DNA of 64,000 nucleotides from Styela clava (Eukaryota): NCBI RefSeq assembly GCF_964204865.1, contig NC_135252.1, positions 1,178,001 to 1,242,000 of the forward strand, read 5' to 3'. Shown piece by piece: positions 1 to 10,965 of this stretch (position 1 is its first letter; each line of letters starts with the position of its first letter). The notes under the pieces were generated by a model. It saw only the letters and a program-made list of their open reading frames with translations, ran no database searches and was not told where the DNA came from. The position numbers and the translations under genes were made by a program.

Positions 1-940
1 TTTTTCTTGTCAGCAGACGAAACCAAATAATCGAAAGAACCATTATTGCAACACAACGAAGGAAGTGTTCCTTGGGAAAAAGTTGGAATTGATTTATGTG
101 AGTATAAAGGGAAAAATTATCTAATCACGGTTGATTATTTTTCAAGTTTTTTTGAAGTCGATGTGATGACGACGACAACTACGAATTAAATCATCATATG
201 TCTGAAACGCCATTCTGCTCGACATGGTATTCCAAAGATCAGACTGTGGGAGAAATCTCAACTCGTCGGAATTCGAGAAATTCATGAGAGATTGGAGAAT
301 TCAGCATGTTACCTCTTCACCTGGACATCAACAAGCGAATGGAAAAGCTGAATCGTCCGTGAAAATTTTCAAGAATATGCTGAAAAGGACTGCAAACACG
401 AATGAAGATCAATTTCTAGCTCTTCTAGAAATAAGAAATACGCCGCGTCAAGATTTGAACAGTAGTCCGTCAAAGATGCTATTTTGTCGATCAACCAGAT
501 CGATTATGCCGACAATTATGAAACCAAACGAAAACTACGATTCGAAACGCCTGCGCCGAAAGCACAGCGTGAAGAAGAGTTATGACAAATCTACAAAGCC
601 AATGAGAGAACTTGAGTTGGGCGAAGCTGTATATTTTCAACATCCAGAACGGAAGGGATGGAATAGAGGAACTATTGTGAAACGAATTGCTACACGATCT
701 TACATTGTCAAATCGAAGAATGGTGTTACATACAGACGAAATCGTGTTCATATCCGTCCTGATGAAAGTTGTAATATCGAAAAATATGAACCAAGTGTTC
801 CATTCTTGTCTGACTATAAGCCGAACAACCTCCCGGTTGCCAATGACAATTCTCGACCTCTGATTTCGAGTGATGTTCCAACCAGACCTCGTCGAAATCG
901 TAAACCTCCTATTTGGATGAAAGACTATGTGACTCAGTAG
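1..940 (+). mobile_element. Ty3/Gypsy LTR retrotransposon, degenerate integrase (pol 3' end)
   Basis: Frame 1 reads PWEKVGIDL..YLITVDY..RHGIP with stops at 28-30 and 187-189. It frameshifts into ORF 224-940, which has SDCG, TSSPGHQQANGKAES (rve core), a GPY/F-like RSYIV..YRRNR region and the typical RxRKPPxWMKDYV tail. Confidence 0.93.
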
Positions 941-1089
941 TGACTATAACTTGATTTTGAGTGTTAAATATTATTGCTCATTTATGTGTCTTAATTGTAG
1001 TGGTCATGAATTGCGAAATAGGTAAAGGTGAATATTTCCTATTCTGAATTTGAAAATAATTTATGAAATTTATCTTAAACAAAGAGGGA

Positions 1090-1302
1090 TGTTGATGATG
1101 GCTAATAATGCCTTGTCGAGTAACGTCCCTAATAATTGATTGTGCTATCTGTCTAGTGCTAACGTGTCGCAGTTGCGTCACTCGCTAGTATGTTCTGTTG
1201 CTGTAGACATCTTATGTTGTGTGTTATGCTGGAGTAATAAAGAAGTGTAAGCGTATTCAGTTGAACCCTTATTCTATAATAGCTTGGGTGTAGAACTTAA
1301 CA
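1090..1302 (+). mobile_element. 3' LTR of the Gypsy element
   Basis: Polypurine tract AAAGAGGGA (1081-1089) is followed directly by TGTTG. AATAAA at 1236-1241; ends ...TTAACA at 1302 (1324 is an alternative end). Confidence 0.75.
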
Positions 1303-1448
1303 TATAACCAAGACATTATTAACAGTGAATATTTTATATACACAGATATGACGCTGACAATATTACACAAATTTAAAGAAAAAGTTCTTCAATAGCTTTA
1401 AGATGATCATGAAAAGTAGATCAAAACGGAAGTTCTTTCGGAAGACTT

Positions 1449-4121
1449 TTAAATGTAGATATTAACATTGGCTCGGGAGCATGCGGTCCTACATTTGAAG
1501 CAGCTGATCATCTTGCGCTTTCCTGCAAAAATTAGGTCTCTGTATTTTTACTTTGTAGGCTACTTTAATTTTATTAAAATTCGAATATTTCATTTATTAC
1601 TTGGACAAAGTTTTTTCATGGTTTCAAATTTAAATATTGCAATCTTTACATAAACTAAGAAAACGAAATCGTACGATGTATTAACAATCTCAGAGAAATG
1701 AAACATAGACTTCTCTTTTTTAATCTTGTTGCAATGGCCGTTACAATATGATGGTGATGACATCACAATTACATTATCCCAGATTGTAAATTGTATTGCG
1801 TTTCAGGCGGACCAGTGACACTTCCTATTTCCGTACGCGTACAGTTGCTGTGTTTCAAGCTATATTTTTCAAACAGTAGATATTGCAGATATTTCATTTT
1901 GGCTATTGAATAGGAAAAACTTCAAAGTATAGAAAGGAATGAGAAAATAAACATTAGTTTTCCCTAAATTTATAAAACACGTAGTTAACATTCATGGCAT
2001 TGCGGTATTTGAATCATACTATCATGTTTTTTACTTACTTTGATAAAAATATCGTACGCTGGTATCTTTTAGGCAATCTCTGCAATTGATCTTATATTTT
2101 CCTGATGACTTGTATCGAACGCAGTTCGGCTGACATTGGCTCGAAATTCTGGTTTGCCCTTCTATCGGCTGAAGACTTGCAACCTTTCTTCGGAAATCAC
2201 GAGAAGGTTGTAGGAGTGAGATCGAATCTATTGCGGGTGCTTCTACGCGACTCCTTTCAATACTATTTCTTGCGTTTGGCCGATATTGCTGTTAAAATTA
2301 AGATTTTTCAGGTGAATCGTTAAAAATAAAATGCTAGTATGTATGACTTAGCATTGAAGAGGATTCAAACTACCACACAACGTTTTGTTTCATTTTACGG
2401 TCATTTTCTGCGGAAACTCGTGCATAGCAAAATTCACTACATTTTTATTCTTTGAGCGAAATATCTTGGTAAACAGAAGTTGATGTTGTAAATGGCGCCA
2501 GAATTTTTCAAACTCCACTACTTTGTGCGATAAAAATGTAATAATAAAATATGGGCACAGGGTTGAAGAGTTAGACTTAAAGGTGGGGATGATTCTTGTC
2601 ATCCCAAAATAAAAGTGCTGTTTTCATAGCATGTAAAGAGTCTTTTTTGGAGCGGAAGGCGTATGATATCAATAGTATATTATAATAGGTACAAATGCCA
2701 AAACAAAGTCGTTGAAAGTGTACTAATTAAGTTTCTCACAAAGCGAGTCTAGATGCAATGAATAAATTGAACGATTCACAACAAAGAAATCCGAAGTCGT
2801 ATCACATTTGACTACACTACACCTCATTTGTCAAATCTTGTTTCCATTCGTCGTCTTCTTGTTCGAGTATTTTGTCAACAAGTTCTTCCGCTGAATAAGG
2901 ACAGTTTTCCTAGAGGTAAAATTACATGATATAATCTGTCTTTATAAGATGCTCAATAAAAAAGGGAATAGTAGCTGTTTCTTTTTATTCGATGATATTG
3001 CGAGTGTTAGAATTGTGTGAAATTAAACTTCATCACGATTGGAGAGAAAAGAAGTTTTTAACATGTGTATTGCATTGTGAGGTGAACCATCTTAATTAGG
3101 CTACTAAAAGTACAATTGCCAGTTCGACAAACGACCCTATAAACTATATTTATGGAAATGTTAATAATGTAATGAGTTTCGTGAAACCCTTTTTTCTATT
3201 TTTTGAGATTTTTGGATGTAACTTTTGTTCATAAATTACATTTATTAGTCGCTCACAATGTCAAGTTCACATTGTTGAATTTGTCGGCGCTCCATCTTTC
3301 TTTTTGTTTCTTCCATAACCATGGATTCCAATTTTAACTCATAGTCACGCTCTTCCCTCTCAACATTCCCGTTACGATTCATGTAGTTGTACCTATGATA
3401 TCGTTCAGGCATTTCGTGATAACGACCCTCCTGTCCGTGTGAATAACGTCTGTGTTCTATTTGATCCCGTTCATCTTCATCTTCCAACCGGTATAATTGG
3501 GGTGGTCTATATCCGAACACTGTGTGGATACAGTATCAAATAATTAAATACAAACTAACACACATCCGTGAATTGTTGATATGCCGAATAGAGCAACATT
3601 TTACGCATTTTTTCCCGACCATAAAAATAAAATTTAGGATTTGGGAGCTCGGGAGAAATTGGTTGAAATTGAAAAGAGAAAAATGGCAAAATATGCAGTT
3701 AAATAGCTAGTGGTGATTATGCTAGGCATGCTGAAGACTCAAAAAATGACACACTCAAATGAAGCTTAAATTTTTTTCTTCAAGATTTTAATTTTTTTCA
3801 ATCACATTGCAAATCGAGTGCTGTAGTTTTTGGTCTCCTGCATGTATTATAAAATATGGGGATCTGGTGCACCTACAAAAATATTTTCTTTTCCAACTCT
3901 AATTGCACATCAAATACCGGTATTCGTATTCGCACAGCGATGATAAAATTGCAGTTACGCCGCCTTAAACTCAGTTAGATTTCAATAAACGGAACAAGAT
4001 TATCACCTTAATAGTTAGAATTAGACTCTTCGAGAGGCGAGACTGGTGGATGTATTTTTATTTTTGCGTTACCTTGACGGTGGCCTAACATTAGTAGTAA
4101 AATGAACGTCGTAAACTTCAT
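1449..4121 (-). CDS. Uncharacterised secreted precursor protein (signal peptide, acidic pro-region, Cys-containing C-terminal part), spliced
   Basis: Phase-compatible GT-AG exons: 4121-4073 (MKFTTFILLLMLGHRQ), 3519-3257, 2909-2823, 2288-2039, optional 1902-1773, and last exon from 1522. Stop is at 1489-1491 if 1902-1773 is included (270 aa) or 1449-1451 if skipped (240 aa). No homologue recognised. Confidence 0.6.
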
Positions 4122-4674
4122 CTTAAATCCAGTATTCTTCACGTTCCTGACTTTTGAAAATTTCCCCAAGTCTTCGTTACTTTAAAGTTAATATTTACTG
4201 AATAATTCTGGAAAAAAAAAATACTTAATCTGTGCAAGTTCGGTTAGAAGATCGACACTCGAATCTTAGGTAAATATGTATTGCATATATACTTATATAT
4301 AACGCACACAACAAAGTGACTTTTCCGAGTTGGTAACAGCATATTTCGTTTTATAAACAGTCGACCTGAGGTCCATCGGGAGAAGTCTTGTGAATTTGAA
4401 TTTAAAGATGCATTACTTACCAAATTACTACGACTGTTCGCCAATCATGAATTGGGATTATGGTCTTAGGCTTGCTTTGCACAAAGAGTATCGCTAACCT
4501 GTCCTCGCATGCAACACAACCAACTTACCAAAAGTGTTGTTTATCAGTTATGAACTAACATCATGTTCTCACAACGTGGAATTTATGTAAAACATCGCTG
4601 TTTCGACCTCCAGCGACGTTTGCAAGTATAGAAACCAAAGAGTCATTTGAGGTTTTATTGCGTTGTATAGGTAT

Positions 4675-4846
4675 ACGCCAAGAAGTAACCTAATCAACAA
4701 ACATATCGAAACAGGTCCGACCTGTTTTTTAATTGGACGCCAAGAAGTAACCTAATCAACAAACATATCGAAACAGGTCCGACCTGTTTTTTAACTCGAC
4801 GCCAAGAAGTAACCTATAATTAACAAATATATCGAAACAGGTCCGA
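4675..4846. repeat. 62-bp minisatellite, about 2.8 copies, with internal palindrome
   Basis: acgccaagaagtaaccta..aaacaggtccgacctgtttt starts at 4675, 4737 and 4799. Confidence 0.92.
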
Positions 4847-5781
4847 TAACTATGTAACTCGATAATATAACTCGACGACGTATATCTTAATATATATAGC
4901 TTCAATCGCACGCTAGTTTTGTTTCGGCTTATGCGGTATTTCTACCCCACCGGTGATGCCACAACTAATGATTTACCCCTTGAGTTTATGCCCACTAAAA
5001 TAAGGTAGCCTCGAGTGACGATTTTGTAAAAAGTACTGAATGTATTTTGTTATCCAAGGCCTGCCTCTAAGTTTATCGAGAAACCCTAACTGAAATTTAG
5101 TCTCAGCAGGCCAACATTGCCCAGCAGTCTACATTCATCTACGTTGAACCACTGGCCGTCCCAGAGCCACGCTGGCATATTACCTGACATGGTCAACACA
5201 GGCTGTATTGAAATTGATTTTTATTGATATTTTCGTGTTCTCATTGGACTTGCAAACTCAAAATTAGAAAAAAAGAAAAAATTAAATCAGTCGAATTTGT
5301 CTATAGGCTGTGATTATATGGTTTTCATATCTTTTAGCATAATTATATATCATCTACTGGAAGCATTGATTATTCTTGACTAGAACATTTGGTTTTGTAA
5401 CGCATATAGATTGAAATAAAAAAAATTTTCTTTAAGATTTTAATTTTTTCAAATCACACTACAAATCGAGTGCTGTTTTTGGTCTCCTGCATGTATATAT
5501 TATAAAATATGAGGATATGGTGCGCCCACGGAATTTTTTTTTTCAACTCTAATTGCACATCAAATCTTCGTATTCGCACATAGATGCTAAAATTGTAGTT
5601 ATGCCGCGATAAGTTAGACTTAAACGGACAATAAACGGAGCAAGACTATCACCTTATAATTAGAATCCTGAGATTATTCAGTAACGACAGTGCTCAAATA
5701 TACAGAATATTTCAATCTACTATTTCACTTCGTACTCGTCGAGAGGCGAGACTGGTGGATGTATTTTTATTTTTGCGTTAC

Positions 5782-5830
5782 CTTGACTGTGGCCTATCAT
5801 TTATAGTAAAATGAACGTCGTAAACTTCAT
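5782..5830 (-). pseudogene. Inactivated duplicate of the signal-peptide exon 1
   Basis: ATG AAG TTT ACG ACG TTC ATT TTA CTA TAA...CAA G|GTAAC. Same exon as 4121-4073 but with CTA changed to TAA. Confidence 0.75.
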
Positions 5831-6912
5831 CTTAATTCCAGTATTCTTCACGTTTTTGACTTCTGAAAATTTTCTCAAGTCTTCGTTACTTTGAAGTTTA
5901 CATATTTACTGATTAATTCTGAAAAAAATACTTAATCTGTGCAAATTCGGTTAGAAGATCGACACTCAAATCTTAAGTGGAAATATATACAGTATTGCAT
6001 ATAGCCTACTTAGGTACACAGATATAATGCACACAACAGATTGACTTTTCTGAGTTGGTAACAGAATATTTCGTTTTACAAATAGTCTACCTGAGTGAGG
6101 TCCATCGGAAAAAGTCTTGTGGATATGAATTTTAAAAATGCGTCCATTCACCAAATTATTACGACTGTTCGCCTATTATGAATTGAGATGTTGGTCTCAG
6201 GCTAACTTTGCACAAAAAGTATCGGTCTCTCATGCAACGCCACCAACTTACCAAAGATTGGAAATACAGATGCAGTTAACTTACATTGTTAACAGTGTGA
6301 AGCAAACAACTCGAGTAGCATAAATATTTAAGTATTGTTGTTGTTTATCAGTTCTGAGCTAACATCATGTTCTCATAACGTGGAATTTAAGTAAACATCG
6401 CTGTTTCGACCTCCAGCGACGTTTGCAAGTGTAGAAACCAAGGAGTCATTTGAAGTTTTATTGCGCTCCATAGGGGAACGCTAGGAAGTAACCTAAAGCC
6501 TTAACCTAACGCCACCGCCCACCACCATACAAATGTGTAGTTCCAGAGCCGCGCTGGCATAAATCTTGGTCTACAGTTACACAGGCCGTATTGTCAAATT
6601 TTCATGTTCTCATTTGACTTGCAAAAAATTGTTCTGGAGTTATTAAAAATTTGAAAAAAAGAGGAATTATGTCAGTAAAATTTGTCTGTAGGCTGTGATT
6701 ATAGCTTTCTTATCTTTTAGCATAAATATATATTTTTCACTGGAAGCATTGATTATGTTTGACTAAAACATTTGTTTTTGTAAAGCATAAATTGAAGTCT
6801 CGAAACTGTTTGTACCCAATCACTACCAAATCACCCTACCACGTCGCGATTCTTCTACAACTTGCAAAACAAACTGGTACCATTCACTCCTCACTCTATG
6901 AGTGTGACACTT

Positions 6913-9356
6913 AAGTGGTTCTTAAAGTATGGGCCGCAACCCAAACATGGGTAGGGATGGTGGAATCGACCCTGGATTCGATTCCAGAATCGATTCTTCG
7001 TGGAATCGATTCTTAGTAATAAAACTTGGATTGCAAACAAGGTATTACATTTTGTGACAAGTTCTTCACGTATATGTGTAAACTGCTATGCGGAGTTGCA
7101 AACTTAACTATATTTCTACAATCACCTTGTTGCTCGTTTGCGCGGGTTAGGGACACGTGCCACATTTGGACCATTTCGTGTATATTTTTTCTTACTTATT
7201 GCGTTTAATGATCCTATTTACTTGAAGCGAGAGACAAAAAAACTTGGTTGCAGTTTGAATTGGAAATTTTACACCTTAGTGATAGAACAGTCTGCAGTTC
7301 AACAGACAGGGATAGCAAACGAACTCTGCCATAGGAATAATGAAGTATGTATTGAAAATCTGATCACTGATGGTTTGAGCAAGCAGCTTTGAAGGGATTG
7401 GCGGTTTCATTGAATTGATCAGCAGGAAGGAGGGAGGAGGTTTCATCTGGGATATCCAAATATTTGAATGGCGGAAGTCTTGTAATATCTGCGACCCACA
7501 AAGAAGGAGAGGAGGAGCTTACCGTATTCAAATTTCGATTGAGCCTACAGGAAGACATGTAAACGAATTGAACTTTTTACTATGCCAGTAATCTTTTGTA
7601 CACAAAGTGGACATACAGATCGTTTTGTTATTATTTTTTGTCAGAATTCATTTTCTTGTTATGAGAAAATATATTTTATCATTACCTACTGGACCAATTG
7701 CTAAGAAATTTTCAGTGGTTGAAAACTGTACGTTTAAACTATTACGTTTATTTACTTCAAAATTTTTTGTGAGCCCTGAGGGATTGGTTTTTATGTGTGC
7801 GATTTTGTCTACAGTGACAGATTAAAAACCCATACTGCTTAGTTTCGGCTTTCGCGTCCATAGTCCATATAATTGAACATCGCTCTCGTGTGTGATTTCA
7901 TATGGTATTGTTTAAGTGAGTAAGTTTTTTCAGTAAGCTATGTCGGGGAATCGAGATTCAGAATGGAGAATCGGAATCGAAAATTTAGGAATCGGATAAG
8001 AATTGAACACTGGTAAGTAGTCATATAGCAACTAACCCCCAAATGTACCCCATTTCATGTTGAAATCATCAAAAAAAGTTAATTTTTCCCAAAATTTAAA
8101 CAAAGACTTTCATAGGAATCAAATTACTCCACGTTTAAGAACATAACATGTCCACCCAGTCATTATCAAATTAAAATTTATATTCTCGAGACCTTTGAGA
8201 CACTGATTGAAATAATTATATCTAAGTTCCCATCCGTACGATGTACATAATTACCCTATTGAGATAATAGGAGTTTCTGTTTATAACGTGAATCACGAGC
8301 TCACGTTTACAGTATTTAATCAGATGTATGATCGACGTATAAATACGACTCCGATATCTTTCGATATAGACGATTTAAACCATTCTAAGCTATTCTGGAT
8401 AAATTTTTTAAGATTTGTATTGTGCGTGTTGTGGAAATTTACGAATAAAAACATATAGAGATTTTTAACGCCACTTCATTCACGTAGGCGTTGAAGCTAA
8501 AGGGTGAACGGGCGACTGGCAGTTCTGAGACGGTCTACGAAATAGCAATATACGGTAACATCACATTCATTTACCACTTATACATGCTATAGTCATACTT
8601 AGCATCCTTAAACATGGGTCGCAGAAGGTCTAAAAAATGGGTCGCGCCAAGGTCGTCCCTGCAAGGGCGAACTAAGAGGAGGGGACCGATTCTTACCACT
8701 GATCCAATGTCTCCATTTACTTTCTTAACTTAAAAAAATATTTAAAACATATTAAAAACTCATTTACGGAAATAATTGTCTTGAGCGCATTGTTGTATCA
8801 CATTTTGAATATTTATCAGTCTTATGGTGTCGGTAACAATGTGCGACGCTTGTCGTTGTGTTGACCGCGCACTGCCATCTTACTGAAGCAAAATAACCAA
8901 AATTATACCTTCTTTAGCAATGTGAATTCTTATAAACAAGATAAAAAAAATTCACTGCTGTGTGCACATGTGATCAGTGTAAAGTTGCACATTGCAAGAG
9001 AGACCTAGCTAGGATATCTTGTTTGCGACGGATAGCGGTATAGGTAATTGGGAACGGAGCCCATGATTGAAAACGAAGTAATGACTTTTCTACTATTATA
9101 CGCGACCACGCATCTTTGCGAGCATGAATTTTCGGCACTGACGGTTATTAAAACCATGATTCACCTCGACTCATAGTGACGACTTGCACATTGCGCTTAG
9201 TGTGATAGAGCCGTACATTGAAGATATAATGAATGGGAAATTTTATTTTTACTGATCATACTGAGTTAATGGAATGTTTCTAATTGTCTTGAATACATTT
9301 TTGCGATGTTTAGGTTTGGGTCGCGAGTATTCATAAAACTCAGATTTGGGTCGCAC
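6913..9356 (+). mobile_element. Non-autonomous hAT (Charlie/Buster-type) element with transposase C-terminal remnant, interrupted by a nested insertion
   Basis: agtggttcttaaa start and gggtcgc subterminal motifs. ~9075-9240 reads LLYATTHLCEHEFSALTVIKT...DLHIALSVIEPYI (hAT dimerisation domain of the ZBED5/Buster type). Right end approximate. Confidence 0.75.
6952..8610. mobile_element. Non-autonomous hAT (Ac-like termini) nested insertion
   Basis: Termini TAGGGATG...CATCCTTA; perfect 8-bp TSD AACATGGG at 6944-6951 and 8611-8618; gaatcg subterminal repeats. Confidence 0.85.
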
Positions 9357-9789
9357 TGGATGAACTTTGATGTAATATTCTACTTGAATTCACGCTTGAT
9401 ATTTGTAGATTCTGGAACTGAATAAAAAACGAACAGTGAGTAAATAATATCACACAAATAAATTTCGGTCCACTAGTATTCTAAAGAGTGTTTTTTTGCA
9501 AAATAATATAACCTAGACGTAATCCAAGAAAGCTCATAGAATAACGTAGGCCTATAGCCTACTCCTCAAAACCAATCAAGGAATATGGCTAACTGACGAT
9601 TTTGCCATTTTTCGTTACAGTCGCGAACAAACATTCCGTTGGTTCCAAAACTTGACTTGGGCCTCAGTTTGCGTAGGATATTTTTTATTTTTAATGATGT
9701 GGTTGGCCGGATGAGAAATCTTTCCTCCCAAGATATGAGAGGTGGGTTTTCTCACAGCTGGTTGTGAACTATTGTCAAGCAAGCTTTGT

Positions 9790-10500
9790 GCCACTTGGGG
9801 AAAATGTTCAATAAATTTATTTGCAATTGTTTGACTGCAATCGAAGGACAGGAATTGATCTTATTTACACCAATTAGTTCTTTAATTGTTTTACATATTG
9901 CTTTGATATTGCCTTCGGGAGAGGCAAATTTAGACATATATATATATTTAAAGATATTAATTGGGTTAGTCGAGAATAAAGGTGCATTCAAGGTCAATTC
10001 CTGAATTCATTATACTGTGATTTATGCTTGTCATCTGTGTTTTAAGTGTTCATCAGTACAGTTGCATACATAGCTTTTGCTTGACTTTGTTGAGTTTGCG
10101 TATAGCTCAATGTCATACCGAGGTTTGTCTATTCGGTTTGTTTGTTTTCTGTATGAAAAGGATAGAGAGTGAGCAGCAGAAAACGTATCAATGAATTTTT
10201 TAAATCATGTGTTGGAATTCATGATGCTGCTGAAGTCATCGATATCATTAGACTTCTATTTATCCATAAAAGTATTTAGGTTGGAAGAGGTAAACTGACG
10301 ATGCAGTTATTTCGAATTTGCTTCTCTAAGAGAGAGCATTGTACGATTGGGAGATGATCAAAAATACATTATATCAAAACAGCATTGTTTATTTTTTTGT
10401 TATATAAATTTGCCCGTAAGTGATCTATACTGATAGAAGAAGAGCTTGTGGTTATCCTGGTAGGACAGTATATCAGATTGGGTGTCGCTGCTCAATAACC
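9790..10500 (-). mobile_element. Degenerate LINE ORF2 fragment (APE endonuclease C-terminus and linker, CR1/L2-like)
   Basis: Minus-strand pieces TRITTSSSSISIDHLRAN, CIFDHLPI (SDHxPI motif) and GNIKAICKTIKELIG, broken by stops and frameshifts. Confidence 0.75.
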
Positions 10501-10812
10501 AGTACTAGTTTTTCAGCGTTTCCCTCCACCCTGAAATGCTATTCTTCTTTTATTTTATTCTGTATATGTACCTTGCGTATTTTCAAATGGTGGAAAAAAT
10601 AAATTACTGATACTGATTGAGTTGTGCACAACATCAACTAATAGGTTGGTATTAATATTAAATACATCTAGAAGATTATGGTTGGAATCACACATTATAT
10701 AATTATAGTTCAACCTATTTATCTTTGAAAGTACTTGGGACCATTGTAGTAGTATATATTTACGTTATAACACCTCAATGCTTGGGACATTTGTCTCGCA
10801 GAAGGTGTCAGC

Positions 10813-10965
10813 ATGGAGCATGAACGTATCGAGGAGATCCTGGACAACAAATTCTGCTACAAAATTTTAGATTGCGCAATTACAGAAATACATGCTAAGA
10901 CTTGCTCTCAGCCGTCGCTGGATATCGGTACTGTAAGAAACGCGATAGCTGCATTATTGCAGTAA
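10813..10965 (+). other. 50-codon upstream ORF whose TAA overlaps the EHHADH ATG (TAATG)
   Basis: MEHERIEEILDNKFCYKILDCAITEIHAKTCSQPSLDIGTVRNAIAALLQ*. Stop at 10963-10965; EHHADH ATG at 10965. Whether it is translated is unknown. Confidence 0.35.

Larger units (their letters stand above)
3765..6795. repeat. Diverged tandem duplication (unit 1 ~3765-5415, unit 2 ~5416-6795)
   Basis: Collinear blocks occur in both units, e.g. aaatcgagtgctg..tggtctcctgcatg, cgagaggcgagactggtggatg, catcgctgtttcgacctccagcgacgtttgcaag and ggaagcattgattat. Confidence 0.92.

Noticed and set aside
1449-3519. IAP-like UBA plus RING pseudogene reading (SAEELVDKILEQEDD; CRDC..CFKCR)
   Set aside because: A full RING needs an assumed frameshift and still lacks a ligand. 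An intact model with a signal-peptide exon explains the exons without lesions.
4675-4846. CRISPR-like palindromic repeat array
   Set aside because: Units are head-to-tail with no unique spacers, there are no cas genes, and the context is eukaryotic.
10902-10964. N-terminal extension of EHHADH from the ORF track
   Set aside because: It starts at TTG; homology begins at ATG 10965 (MAQY..).
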